A stretch of DNA of 64,000 nt. Origin: a virus (Duplodnaviria; Caudoviricetes). The DNA lies in the IMG/VR virus record IMGVR_UViG_3300020434_000055. One strand, 5' to 3'. Position numbers and translations under genes: made by a program. Below the pieces are notes generated by a model that saw only the letters and a program-made list of their open reading frames with translations, had not been told where the DNA came from and made no database searches. Shown piece after piece: positions 26,609-36,440 of the stretch; positions within the stretch are counted from its first letter, which is position 1; every line of letters begins with the position of its first letter.

Positions 26609-27721
26609 ATGAAGATATCGCAATTTACGACAAAAGTTACAGCAGAGCAAATGAACAAAAGGTTAGCTGAAACCTTCGGGACCAGCATTAACTTGGATAA
26701 GTTCACCTTAGAACAACTCCAAACAGCAAAAGACAAAGTAGTTGGTAAAATTTCTACCCTTCAAGCTCAAGAAAATTTCGATCAAATAAGCCATAATGAA
26801 GAGTATCAAAAACAAAGAATGTTTTTAGATGTAATAAATGCGGCAATTGAAAGCGGTATGTCAGATATCCATGTAGGTGCTCAAGAGATAGTAGGCGAAT
26901 ATACAGATGACGTGGATCATTTAGCTAAACCTAAAGCTGATGTTATAGCAGATTTAGAGCGAAGAGAAGCTGAAGCAAAAGACCCTACAGAACAATATAC
27001 ATTACGTACTGCAAAAGACATGGTAAAAGATGGCTTTGATGAACAAGGAGACGCTATTCCAGACCCTAGTGATATGGCACCCGAGAACATAAATACAGAT
27101 ACAATGAAAGCACAAGATTTAAAAACAACCGAAGCAAAAGGCAAGGACCATGACAAAGATGGCGATGTCGATTCAAAAGATTATATGAAATCAAAAGATA
27201 TAGCAATTAAAAAAGCAATGAAAAAAGAAGATATAAAAGTTAAAGAAGGCGCAGAAGAATCAGCACAATTAGTAATGGCGGCAAAAGATATGGTTGACAA
27301 AATCACAGGCTGGATGGAAGACACAGCGTCTATGCAAACAGAATCAATGCTAGAATTAAGCGATGCAATTAGAGATGAAATAGGCTCAGAACAATCAGAA
27401 ACATTTGTAAACCAAGTTAAGCCATCACTTGAATCATTATATTCAGCTTTAGAAGTTACAAGAGAATCATTAACAGGAGGCGTAGCCGTCCTGACAGGCG
27501 AACAACTTCCCGCTACAATGGGAACAGATACAGAAGAACCTGTAGTAGAGCCAACAGATGATATAGCAGATTTACCTCCAGCTGAAGATGACTTTGGAGC
27601 GAGCGAACCTGCAACTGGTGGAGATTTACCAGCAGACAGAGGCAAAAGAGAATCAATTTTAAGAATGTCAAGAAGACTAGCCGAAACACTTTCAAAGAGA
27701 CCGTCAAAAAAAAAGGCTTAA
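26609..27721 (+). CDS. Putative prohead core/scaffold-like protein; candidate -1 frameshift to 28041
   Basis: GAGGA SD, acidic/helical, DHDKDGDVDSKDY motif, ends at A9G run. Confidence 0.6.
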   Translation: MKISQFTTKVTAEQMNKRLAETFGTSINLDKFTLEQLQTAKDKVVGKISTLQAQENFDQISHNEEYQKQRMFLDVINAAIESGMSDIHVGAQEIVGEYTDDVDHLAKPKADVIADLERREAEAKDPTEQYTLRTAKDMVKDGFDEQGDAIPDPSDMAPENINTDTMKAQDLKTTEAKGKDHDKDGDVDSKDYMKSKDIAIKKAMKKEDIKVKEGAEESAQLVMAAKDMVDKITGWMEDTASMQTESMLELSDAIRDEIGSEQSETFVNQVKPSLESLYSALEVTRESLTGGVAVLTGEQLPATMGTDTEEPVVEPTDDIADLPPAEDDFGASEPATGGDLPADRGKRESILRMSRRLAETLSKRPSKKKA

Positions 27722-28041
27722 CTGAGTCCTCTGACACTCTTCTTATCCAAACATTAAGAAATTTAATTAGTAGTGCTAATTCTAAAGAGCAAACTGCTTA
27801 TCTAAATTTTGATGCCCTTAATAGAATAATGCAGAATGTTGGAGGCGGACAATATAATTTCCAAAATTTCAAACAAGCATACGATACCATTCCAGCTGTA
27901 AAAAATATAGTTAAAACTTTTAATAGAGATGGTATTGAATTAAAAACTAACGTAACCGATTCTAATCCAGATATAACAGATAAAAAGAAAAAATCCGATA
28001 TTCGCGGCATGGCTAAAAGAGCTACCTCCAAAAGAATGTAA
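27715..28041 (+). CDS. -1-frame extension of the 26609 gene (ORF track shows only 27829..28041)
   Basis: Frame open from 27592 with no ATG before 27829; joined by A_AAA_AAG at 27709-27715. Confidence 0.55.
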   Translation, partial: GLTESSDTLLIQTLRNLISSANSKEQTAYLNFDALNRIMQNVGGGQYNFQNFKQAYDTIPAVKNIVKTFNRDGIELKTNVTDSNPDITDKKKKSDIRGMAKRATSKRM

Positions 28042-28044
28042 TGA

Positions 28045-28073
28045 TTGACTTATTTTGGATTATATTATATAAT
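28045..28073 (+). promoter_or_regulatory. Sigma70-like promoter
   Basis: TTGACT-17-TATAAT. Confidence 0.8.
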
Positions 28074-28094
28074 TAGACAATGAAGGAGAATATT

Positions 28095-28202
28095 ATGGCT
28101 TGCAATAATGAAAATTGCCAATGTGAAAATTGTACTTGCGATCCTTGTTTATGTACGGAAAGCAACCAATGTTCTTGTCCTAAAGAACAAACAGATGAGT
28201 AA
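28095..28202 (+). CDS. Metallothionein-like Cys-rich peptide (35 aa, 9 Cys; not in ORF track)
   Basis: AAGGAG SD at 28083; MACNNENCQCENCTCDPCLCTESNQCSCPKEQTDE*. Confidence 0.7.
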   Translation: MACNNENCQCENCTCDPCLCTESNQCSCPKEQTDE

Positions 28203-28635
28203 TAGAACTAAAGAAGAAATTGCTAAAGACATCAAATTCGTGCTGGAAGATAAAGTAGCCCCAGCTGTTGCCCAACATAATGGATTTATAAATTATTTGG
28301 ATTTTGATATGGAATTAGGTGTGGCAAAATTAGAATTAGCAGGAAGTTGTTCAGGATGTGCTATGTCTAAACAAACACTACATCAAGGTGTGGAAGATAT
28401 GTTAAAGCATTATGTTCCAGAAGTTAACGCAATAGTAGGCGAAGATGATGAAAAAGCAGTAGAACAAGGTTATAGTCCTTTTGTACCATCAAATCAATAT
28501 CCTGAAGAAGAAACAGAAACAGAATCAGAAAGACTACAAAAACAATTAGAACCTATAGATGCTATTGACAATGTTGATGGTACTACAGAATTAGACAAAA
28601 TAGATTCTTTGACTACAGAAAATAATAAAAAATAA
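28195..28635 (+). CDS. NifU/NfuA C-terminal Fe-S scaffold domain protein
   Basis: PAVAQHNGFI..KLELAGSCSGCAMSKQTL.QGVE.ML...VPEV; likely ATG 28195 (ORF track 28108). Confidence 0.9.
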   Translation: MSNRTKEEIAKDIKFVLEDKVAPAVAQHNGFINYLDFDMELGVAKLELAGSCSGCAMSKQTLHQGVEDMLKHYVPEVNAIVGEDDEKAVEQGYSPFVPSNQYPEEETETESERLQKQLEPIDAIDNVDGTTELDKIDSLTTENNKK

Positions 28636-28640
28636 ATTTA

Positions 28641-29324
28641 ATGTCCTTAATTACCCAGAAGTTTAAGTACGAAAAAATGTCACGTACATTACTTGAAGGT
28701 AAAAGAGTATACCAAACTCCAGACGGAAACAAATTAGCAAGTGTTACAACAATCCTAGACGCAACTAAAGACAAAACTCATTTAAACAGATGGCGTAAAA
28801 AAGTAGGCTACGAAAAAGCTAAACAAATAACAAAAGAAGCCGCCAGCAGAGGTACGACAATGCACAAACATCTAGAGACTTACATAAACAAAGGTGTATG
28901 GCAAACTCCTGGATCTAATCCATATCATCAACAGGCTTTTGAAATGGCTAAAACAATATACAAAAACGCATTAGTAGATGTAAATGAAATATGGGGTTGT
29001 GAAGTTGGATTATATTTTCCTAAAATTTATGCTGGTACAACTGATTTACTAGGTTTATATAAAGGAGAGCCAACAATAGTAGACTTTAAACAATCAAACA
29101 AATATAAACGTGAAGAATGGGTAACAGATTATTATTTGCAGTTAGTGGCTTATGCAGAAGCACATAATGAAGTATATGGTACTAAAATAAACGAAGGACA
29201 CGTATTTTTATGTACTAAAGATCTAAAATACCAACAATTTGATTTAACACCCGAAAATTACAATGAATACAAAGATATGTGGTGGAAACGGGTAGAAAAA
29301 TACTATACTAATCACGCAGACTAA
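28641..29324 (+). CDS. PD-(D/E)XK exonuclease
   Basis: LASVTTIL, RGTTMH, YAGTTD, IVDFKQS, Y.LQLVAYA. Confidence 0.85.
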   Translation: MSLITQKFKYEKMSRTLLEGKRVYQTPDGNKLASVTTILDATKDKTHLNRWRKKVGYEKAKQITKEAASRGTTMHKHLETYINKGVWQTPGSNPYHQQAFEMAKTIYKNALVDVNEIWGCEVGLYFPKIYAGTTDLLGLYKGEPTIVDFKQSNKYKREEWVTDYYLQLVAYAEAHNEVYGTKINEGHVFLCTKDLKYQQFDLTPENYNEYKDMWWKRVEKYYTNHAD

Positions 29325-29372
29325 ATTTCAAAACACAATACACTCGATAAATACAGAGTAATAGGAAAAAAC

Positions 29373-30989
29373 ATGGCTATTGTATCGATATCAAGAATAC
29401 AGATTAGACGAGGAAAAAAGAACGTAGGATCAGGGTTACCCCAACTTGCTGGTGGTGAGTTCGGTTGGGCAATAGATACCCAGGAATTATTTTTAGGTAA
29501 TGCTTCTGTGGCGGAAGGTGCTCCTTCTGTAGGAAATACTAAAATCTTAACAGAGCATGATAATTTATTTGAACTCAGTAATCAATACATTTACTTAAAT
29601 GGTTCTGTTGTACAAACAGGAACAACTGCATTAGATCACATTACAAGAACTTTACAATCTAGACTAGACGATTTAGTAAGTGCTAGATCATTTGGTGCAG
29701 TAGGTGATGGTGGAGAACAAACAAGTGCATTACAAAGAGCAATTGATCAATTATTCGTTAATCCAGCAACCGTTGGAAATGAAACAAGTAGAGTTACATT
29801 AAAACTTCACGCAGGAGTATATACGATATCTCAAAGTTTAAAACTTCCTCCTTTTACTAATATAGCTGGGGATGGTAGTGATAAAACTATTATAAAACAA
29901 ACAGGAAATTTTCCTATTTTTATTACTGAAAACGGTTTACGAACACCTGACACATCTGGTAACCAAGCGTCTACTACTACACTTAATCAAGCAAGACACA
30001 TATCATTAACAGGCATGACACTTGAAACTGCAGGTAACAATGCAGGATTAGTTTTACAAAACTGTATTAATAGTAAATTTGAAGATATTAAAATAACAAG
30101 TGATTGGAGTACAGGAACATCAATTCTAGCAGATCAAATTGGAATAAAATTAATAAGTTTAAGTACAGTAGTTACTAATACTAATAATAGTTTTAATAAA
30201 ATTTATATATCTGGTTTTAGTTATGGTGCATTTTCAAATTACGATATAATGAATAATAATTTTTCAAATAGTGTATTTGAAGATTTAGGATATGGAGTAG
30301 TATTTGGTAAAGATACAATACTTGGAAATGTAGGTCAAGCTACAGGACCTATTAATAATGTTATTACTAATTCTAGATTTACTAATATAGACAAAACTGG
30401 TTTTTGGGTAGAAAATGGTTATGGAAATACTAGTTCAAATAATCATTACACATTAGTTGGAAATGACGGTGGTGTAGAAAATCTTCCAGCTTACGGAGTT
30501 ATTAAATTTAGTTCAAGAAATAATTCATCAAATGGTGATCACTTTGCCAGAACTAGTTTTTTATCAACAAATACTTCTTATCTAACTAACGTTCCTTACA
30601 TTCCAGAAATAGAAGGAATATATGCAGGTGATTTATGTCATTCGATGACAACATCTATTGGCTATATGCCATCTGCTACTAGAGTATTAAGATTACCTGC
30701 TGACTCTAATAAAAAATATAGTGTTAGTTACATTTACAAAAGTAATGTCGTTAATGCTACAAGAACAGGTACAATTAACATATTAGTTAATCTTACACAA
30801 GGTACAACTAAATTGGAAGATGAATATGATTATGACGGTGATGTTGTATATAATACTAGTATAGAGTTTTCTAGTGTACTATCTGATGAAAATGCCGATG
30901 CAACAAAAGAAACACTAGTAATTTCAGCTAAAAACACTACAGTTGGGGATAATGCTTCATTAATTTTCCACGTATCTGTTTTATCATAA
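29373..30989 (+). CDS. Virion structural protein (Mtd-like N-terminus + beta-helix)
   Basis: SRIQIRRG..LAGGEFGWAIDT, FGAVGDG..D/T.ALQRAID, Asn-rich beta-helix repeats; TAAATA upstream. Confidence 0.7.
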   Translation: MAIVSISRIQIRRGKKNVGSGLPQLAGGEFGWAIDTQELFLGNASVAEGAPSVGNTKILTEHDNLFELSNQYIYLNGSVVQTGTTALDHITRTLQSRLDDLVSARSFGAVGDGGEQTSALQRAIDQLFVNPATVGNETSRVTLKLHAGVYTISQSLKLPPFTNIAGDGSDKTIIKQTGNFPIFITENGLRTPDTSGNQASTTTLNQARHISLTGMTLETAGNNAGLVLQNCINSKFEDIKITSDWSTGTSILADQIGIKLISLSTVVTNTNNSFNKIYISGFSYGAFSNYDIMNNNFSNSVFEDLGYGVVFGKDTILGNVGQATGPINNVITNSRFTNIDKTGFWVENGYGNTSSNNHYTLVGNDGGVENLPAYGVIKFSSRNNSSNGDHFARTSFLSTNTSYLTNVPYIPEIEGIYAGDLCHSMTTSIGYMPSATRVLRLPADSNKKYSVSYIYKSNVVNATRTGTINILVNLTQGTTKLEDEYDYDGDVVYNTSIEFSSVLSDENADATKETLVISAKNTTVGDNASLIFHVSVLS

Positions 30990-31095
30990 AATAAATTTGT
31001 TTCCTACTAATAAACTAAATCATAATATTATACTTTAATAAACAACCATTAGTTTAAGCACCATAAAATGATAAGCATTATGAGTAAGAATACGT

Positions 31096-31124
31096 TTGAC
31101 AAATTATAAAATTTTGTATATAAT
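31096..31124 (+). promoter_or_regulatory. Consensus sigma70 promoter for nrdAB
   Basis: TTGACA-17-TATAAT; also TAAATA at 31146-31151. Confidence 0.85.
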
Positions 31125-31187
31125 AAGTCAAAACATCAATATAGATAAATAGTACTTTAAAAGAGATCAGCGGACAGGAAAAATAAA

Positions 31188-33605
31188 TTGAATTTTATGG
31201 AAACTACGACAACAACACAATCGTATAACTTAATCAAAGTAAAAAAACGTACAGGCAAACTTGAACAACTAGATATTAATAAAATCCATTTTGTAGTAGA
31301 AGAAGCGTGTGATGATTTACCAGGAGTGAGTTCATCACAAATCGAAATGAATGCTAACATACAATTTTATGATGGCATAACAACAAAAGGCATTCAACAA
31401 ATTTTAGTTAAGTCTGCAAACGACCTTATTACTTTAGAAACCCCTAACTATCAATATGCCGCGGCAAGATTACTTCTTTATGATGTACGTAAAGAAGCAC
31501 ACGGTCAATACGAATACCTTCCTTTAACAAAATTAATTGAAAGAAATTGTAAACTTGGTGTCTATGATAAAGATGTTATGGACAAATATTCTAAAACAGA
31601 ATCAAAAAAACTTAATTCATGGATACGAAGAGACAGAGATTTAAATTTTACATACGCAGGAATAAGACAAGTTGTTGACAAATACCTTGTGCAAGATAGA
31701 AGTTCAGGTCAATTATATGAAACACCGCAAGATATGTATATGATGATTGCGGCTTGTTTATTTGCAAATTATCCAAAAGAAAACAGAATGTCATACGTTA
31801 AAAGATATTATGACGCAATATCACAATTCAAAATTAATATCCCAACACCAGTTATGGCAGGTGTAAGAACTCCTATTAGACAATTTGCAAGTTGTGTTTT
31901 GGTAGATAGTGACGACACATTACCTTCTATTTTTTCTAGCGATATGGCAATTGGTTTATATGTTGCCAGAAGAGCAGGAATAGGAATTAATGCAGGACGT
32001 ATAAGAGGAATCAATTCTAAAATAAGAGGTGGAGAAGTTCAACACACAGGAGTTATTCCTTTTCTTAAAAAGTTTGAAGCTACAGTTAGAAGTTGTACTC
32101 AAAATGGAGTACGTGGAGGAAATGCAACTGTACACTTTCCTATATGGCACCAAGAAATTAAAGACATTATAGTTCTTAAAAATAATAAAGGAACAGAAGA
32201 CAATAGAGCTAGAAAAATGGATTACTCAATTCAAATTTCTAAATTATTTTATGAAAGATTTATTAATGCAGGAGAAATTACATTATTCTCTCCACACGAA
32301 GTACCAAGTTTAATGAAAGCCTGGGGCACACCTAAATTTGATGAACTTTATATAAAGTATGAAAAAGACAAATCAATTGATAGTAGAAAAATATCAGCAC
32401 AAAATTTATTTTTTGACATATTAAAAGAAAGAGCAGAAACAGGACGTATCTATATTATGAATATAGACCATTGCAATACTCACTCTTCCTTTAAAGATAG
32501 AATAACTATGTCAAACTTATGTCAAGAAATTACATTACCTACAAAACCTATTCAACATATTGATGATGAAAAAGGAGAAATTGCACTTTGTATTCTTTCA
32601 GCAATTAATGTTGGAACAATAAGTGATGTATCTGAACTAGAACCAATATGTGAGTTAACTGTAAGAGCATTAGATGAAATAATAGACTATCAAGACTATC
32701 CAGTTAAGGCGGCAGAAATAAGCACTAAAGCAAGACGTTCATTAGGTATTGGTTATATTGGATTAGCACACTACCTAGCAAAACAAGGTTACAAATATAG
32801 TGAACAAGGTGCGTGGGATGCCGTTGATAGACTATCAGAAGCATTTCAATATTATCTATTAAAAGCTAGTAACATATTAGCTCAAGAAAAAGGAAAATGT
32901 TCTAAGTTTGATAGAACAACATATGCAGATGGTCAATTACCAATAGACCATTATAAAAAAGATGTTGATAAAATTGTTCCACACAAACAAAGAATGGCGT
33001 GGGAGGCTTTAAGAAAAGATATTGCAAAACATGGATTGAGACATTCTACAGTAACAGCACAAATGCCAAGTGAAAGTTCTTCCGTAGTTAGTAATGAAAC
33101 TAATGGTATTGAACCACCTAGAGCTGTATTATCAATTAAAAAATCTAAAAAAGGTCCATTAAAACAAATTGTTCCTGGATATCCAAAATTAAAAAATGCA
33201 TATACTTTACTTTGGGATATGGAAAACAACGATGGATATATTAATATTGTTGCAGTAATGCAGAAATATTTTGATCAAGCTATTAGTGGCAACTGGAGTT
33301 ATAATCCATTACACTATGAAAACAATGAAGTACCTATATCTGCAATGGCTAAAGATATGCTTAATGCATACAAATTTGGTTGGAAAACATCTTACTACCA
33401 AAACACATATGACTTTAAAGGCGAAGAAGAAGATGTTCAACCATCTGGTATTGATACCAGTGAAATATATGATCATTTAAAAACCGCTCCAATAACTGGA
33501 GTAAATGGAGAGGCTAGTTTAAATGGAGAAGCGAAACCCCAAGCTGAAAAAATCTTACAATCCGAAACAAATTCTGAAGAAGACTGCGACGCTTGTACTA
33601 TATAA
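31188..33605 (+). CDS. nrdA: Ribonucleotide reductase class Ia alpha subunit with ATP cone
   Basis: VKKRTG ATP cone, PTPVMAG, SCVL, SNLCQEI, C-terminal CDACTI. Confidence 0.97.
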   Translation: MNFMETTTTTQSYNLIKVKKRTGKLEQLDINKIHFVVEEACDDLPGVSSSQIEMNANIQFYDGITTKGIQQILVKSANDLITLETPNYQYAAARLLLYDVRKEAHGQYEYLPLTKLIERNCKLGVYDKDVMDKYSKTESKKLNSWIRRDRDLNFTYAGIRQVVDKYLVQDRSSGQLYETPQDMYMMIAACLFANYPKENRMSYVKRYYDAISQFKINIPTPVMAGVRTPIRQFASCVLVDSDDTLPSIFSSDMAIGLYVARRAGIGINAGRIRGINSKIRGGEVQHTGVIPFLKKFEATVRSCTQNGVRGGNATVHFPIWHQEIKDIIVLKNNKGTEDNRARKMDYSIQISKLFYERFINAGEITLFSPHEVPSLMKAWGTPKFDELYIKYEKDKSIDSRKISAQNLFFDILKERAETGRIYIMNIDHCNTHSSFKDRITMSNLCQEITLPTKPIQHIDDEKGEIALCILSAINVGTISDVSELEPICELTVRALDEIIDYQDYPVKAAEISTKARRSLGIGYIGLAHYLAKQGYKYSEQGAWDAVDRLSEAFQYYLLKASNILAQEKGKCSKFDRTTYADGQLPIDHYKKDVDKIVPHKQRMAWEALRKDIAKHGLRHSTVTAQMPSESSSVVSNETNGIEPPRAVLSIKKSKKGPLKQIVPGYPKLKNAYTLLWDMENNDGYINIVAVMQKYFDQAISGNWSYNPLHYENNEVPISAMAKDMLNAYKFGWKTSYYQNTYDFKGEEEDVQPSGIDTSEIYDHLKTAPITGVNGEASLNGEAKPQAEKILQSETNSEEDCDACTI

Positions 33606-33614
33606 TAATACAAT

Positions 33615-34715
33615 ATGAGCAAATCAGTATTCAATAAAAACGAAGTAAACTTTACAAAAGAACCTATGTTTTTTGGTGCGGACCAAAATGTACAAAGGTA
33701 TGATGTATTTAAATATCCACAATTTGATAAACTTAATCAAACAATGCTTGGATACTTTTGGAGACCTGAAGAAGTATCTTTACAAAAAGATAGATCAGAC
33801 TACGCAAATTTTAGACCTGAACAAAAACATATATTCACAGCAAATTTAAAATACCAAACATTACTAGATAGTATACAAGGTAGAGGACCTGCTTTAATGT
33901 TCATGCCTTATGTTTCACTTCCTGAATTAGAAGGATGCATTATTACTTGGGATTTCATGGAAGCACTTCATTCAAGAGCTTATTCTCATATTATGAAGAA
34001 CGTTTATCCTAATCCATCTGTTGTATTTGACACTATTTTAACTGATAAAGAAATACTAAAACGTGCTAAAACTGTTACTGAACATTATGATAATTTTGGA
34101 CGTGCGGCACAAGATTATTTTGTAAAAGGTAAAGGTGATCTTAAAGAAGTTAAAAAACAATTATATTTGGCAATGTTTAATGTTAATTTATTAGAAGGTG
34201 TTAGATTTTATGTTTCATTTGCTTGTACATTTGCTTTTGGTGAACTTAAACTTATGGAAGGTTCTGCCAAAATATTATCTTTAATTGCTAGAGATGAAGC
34301 TACGCATTTAAGCCTAACATCACATATAATTAAAAATTGGCAAAAAGGTGATGACCCTGAAATGAAAAAAATTATTAAAAGTTGTGATAAGCAAGTTATT
34401 CAAATGTTTAAAAATTGTGTAGAAGAAGAAAAGGCTTGGGCAAAGTATTTGTTTAATGCAGGTTCTATGATAGGATTAAATGAAAAACTTTTACACAGAT
34501 ACGTAGAATGGACAGGAAATAAAAGATTAAGAGCTTTGGGTTTTGATCCAATTTATGATATTCCACCATCTCAAGATCCATTACCTTGGACTAGACATTG
34601 GTTAAGTTCAAAAGAATTACAAGTTGCACCTCAAGAAACAGAAGTAGAATCTTACTTAATTGGTGGTATTAATCAAGATATAAAAGAAGGACAATTCGCT
34701 AAATTTAAATTATAA
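33615..34715 (+). CDS. nrdB: Ribonucleotide reductase class Ia beta subunit
   Basis: FWRPEEV, QTLLDSIQ, EALHSRAY, LEGVRFYVSF, RDEATH, APQETEVESY. Confidence 0.97.
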   Translation: MSKSVFNKNEVNFTKEPMFFGADQNVQRYDVFKYPQFDKLNQTMLGYFWRPEEVSLQKDRSDYANFRPEQKHIFTANLKYQTLLDSIQGRGPALMFMPYVSLPELEGCIITWDFMEALHSRAYSHIMKNVYPNPSVVFDTILTDKEILKRAKTVTEHYDNFGRAAQDYFVKGKGDLKEVKKQLYLAMFNVNLLEGVRFYVSFACTFAFGELKLMEGSAKILSLIARDEATHLSLTSHIIKNWQKGDDPEMKKIIKSCDKQVIQMFKNCVEEEKAWAKYLFNAGSMIGLNEKLLHRYVEWTGNKRLRALGFDPIYDIPPSQDPLPWTRHWLSSKELQVAPQETEVESYLIGGINQDIKEGQFAKFKL

Positions 34716-34909
34716 TGAAAAATTTTGAAAACATGGACGGCATGGAAGTACTTTGGTATCTTTTAACTAATTGGGAAGAAGGTAGAGGACTTTGGATGAT
34801 TATTGGATTCGGCTTGACAATCTTCGCAATCAGTCTTATAATAGATTATATGGACAAAAAGAACAATACAAAAAGCGATTGGCGAATCAAGTACGATGGC
34901 GAAATATAA
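34715..34909 (+). CDS. Small membrane protein
   Basis: One TM helix; contains internal promoter. Confidence 0.55.
   Translation: MKNFENMDGMEVLWYLLTNWEEGRGLWMIIGFGLTIFAISLIIDYMDKKNNTKSDWRIKYDGEI
34814..34842 (+). promoter_or_regulatory. Consensus sigma70 promoter embedded in a CDS
   Basis: TTGACA-17-TATAAT upstream of 34896. Confidence 0.7.
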
Positions 34910-35312
34910 TTTACTATGTTCTCATGATCATCCTTTCGAAGGTTGGTTTGATTCCGAAAAAGCATATCTAGATCAAAAAAAGAGCAGATTATTAATTTGT
35001 CCAATGTGTGACGATCCTATAATACGGAGAGCAGTTATGTCTCCTAACCTAAAATCTAAAACAACTAAAAGAACAGTTAAAGAAAAAAGTAACAAAGTCT
35101 TTTTTAATAGTAGACAGGCTTTAAAAAATTTAAATAATTGGGTGTCACATAATTGTGAAAACGTAGGTACTAAATTTGCTAAAGAAGCCAGAAAAGCTCA
35201 CAAGGGAGAGAGAGACGATCACATATATGGTACAGCTACCGATAAGGAAATTGACAAACTTTATAAAGATGGCATACCTGCAATAAAAATTCCAAAGGTA
35301 AAGGATAATTAA
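34896..35312 (+). CDS. DUF1178-family Zn-ribbon protein
   Basis: YNLLC..H.FEGWF.S, CPMC, RRAVMSP, ENVG.KFA.EAR, IYG.AT. Confidence 0.85.
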   Translation: MAKYNLLCSHDHPFEGWFDSEKAYLDQKKSRLLICPMCDDPIIRRAVMSPNLKSKTTKRTVKEKSNKVFFNSRQALKNLNNWVSHNCENVGTKFAKEARKAHKGERDDHIYGTATDKEIDKLYKDGIPAIKIPKVKDN

Positions 35313-35564
35313 ATGTCAAATATAGTATGGTCTAAAATGCAATGTCATTTTTGTGATATGGCTAAAAGACTTTTAGAACAAAAAGAAATTGTATATGAAG
35401 AAAGAATGATTGGTGAAGGCTGGACTACAGAGCAATTATTAGAAGCAGTTCCTAATGTCCGAACTGTTCCTCAAATTATCTTAGACGGAAAATTAATAGG
35501 AAGTTATGACAATTTAGTAGAACATTTTAAAAAAATAGACAAAGAAAAATATGCCAGAGATTAA
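35313..35564 (+). CDS. Glutaredoxin
   Basis: CHFC active site, RTVPQI, IGSY. Confidence 0.9.
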   Translation: MSNIVWSKMQCHFCDMAKRLLEQKEIVYEERMIGEGWTTEQLLEAVPNVRTVPQIILDGKLIGSYDNLVEHFKKIDKEKYARD

Positions 35565-35832
35565 TCCAAACGATACTGTATCTATAAAACTACCATCAGG
35601 TGAAGAAGTTGTTGGAAGACTAATAGAAATTACAGATAAAGAAATAATATTAATGCGTCCTATGATGTTAATACAAATGTCAAAAGGAATAGGCTTAGGA
35701 CCTTTTATGTTTTCAGCACCACAACATCAAGAATACAGATTTAATAAAGCATCTGTTGTATCTTACACAAAAACGGAAGTGCATATGGCTAAAAAATATG
35801 CAGAAGGAAGTACCGGTCTTAAATTAACATAA
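35551..35832 (+). CDS. Sm-like-fold hypothetical protein
   Basis: VSIKLPSGEEVVGRL..I.L.RPM. Confidence 0.55.
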   Translation: MPEINPNDTVSIKLPSGEEVVGRLIEITDKEIILMRPMMLIQMSKGIGLGPFMFSAPQHQEYRFNKASVVSYTKTEVHMAKKYAEGSTGLKLT

Positions 35833-36440
35833 TGAATAAAATAATAGCAACAGACTGTGACGGAGTTTTACTTCTCTGGGAAAAAGGTTTTGATGCCTGG
35901 ATGAAAGCAAATGACTTTAAAAAATGGGATAGTGGTCACTATAATATAGATATGAATTATCATCTACCACAAGGTTCTTCTTTACCTTTAATAAAAGTAT
36001 TTAATGAAAGTGCTTGGATGAGAGATTTAGAACCTGTTGAAGGTAGTGTTGAAATAGTAAAAAAATTATCAGAACAAGGATATAAATTTGATGTAATAAC
36101 ATCTCAAACTTTAGATACAAAAGCACAACAATTAAGACGAGAAAACTTAATAAATGTTTTTGGAGATGTGTTTAATGAAATTACATTTTTGGATATGGGA
36201 GCAGGAAAACGAGAAGTCCTGGATCAAAGAATGAAGCAAAAACAGTACAAGCCAGGAACATTTTGGATAGAAGATAAACCAAATAATGCCGAAGATGGGG
36301 CATCTTTGGATTTGAAGTCACTTCTGTTTGACTTACCACACAACAGATGGTATAATAGTAAAGTAACTCCGGTCCAACGAGTTAGTGGTTGGAGCGAGAT
36401 TTATAACGTTATAATTAAGGAGAATAAAAATCATGAGTGA
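35832..36440 (+). CDS. HAD 5'(3')-deoxyribonucleotidase-like
   Basis: ATDCDGVL (DxDG), VITS, WIEDKP.N. Confidence 0.8.
   Translation: MNKIIATDCDGVLLLWEKGFDAWMKANDFKKWDSGHYNIDMNYHLPQGSSLPLIKVFNESAWMRDLEPVEGSVEIVKKLSEQGYKFDVITSQTLDTKAQQLRRENLINVFGDVFNEITFLDMGAGKREVLDQRMKQKQYKPGTFWIEDKPNNAEDGASLDLKSLLFDLPHNRWYNSKVTPVQRVSGWSEIYNVIIKENKNHE

Noticed and set aside
28108-28194. ORF-track N-terminal extension of NifU
   Set aside because: No SD; the SD-supported Cys-rich ORF occupies another frame and NifU homology begins at ATG 28195.
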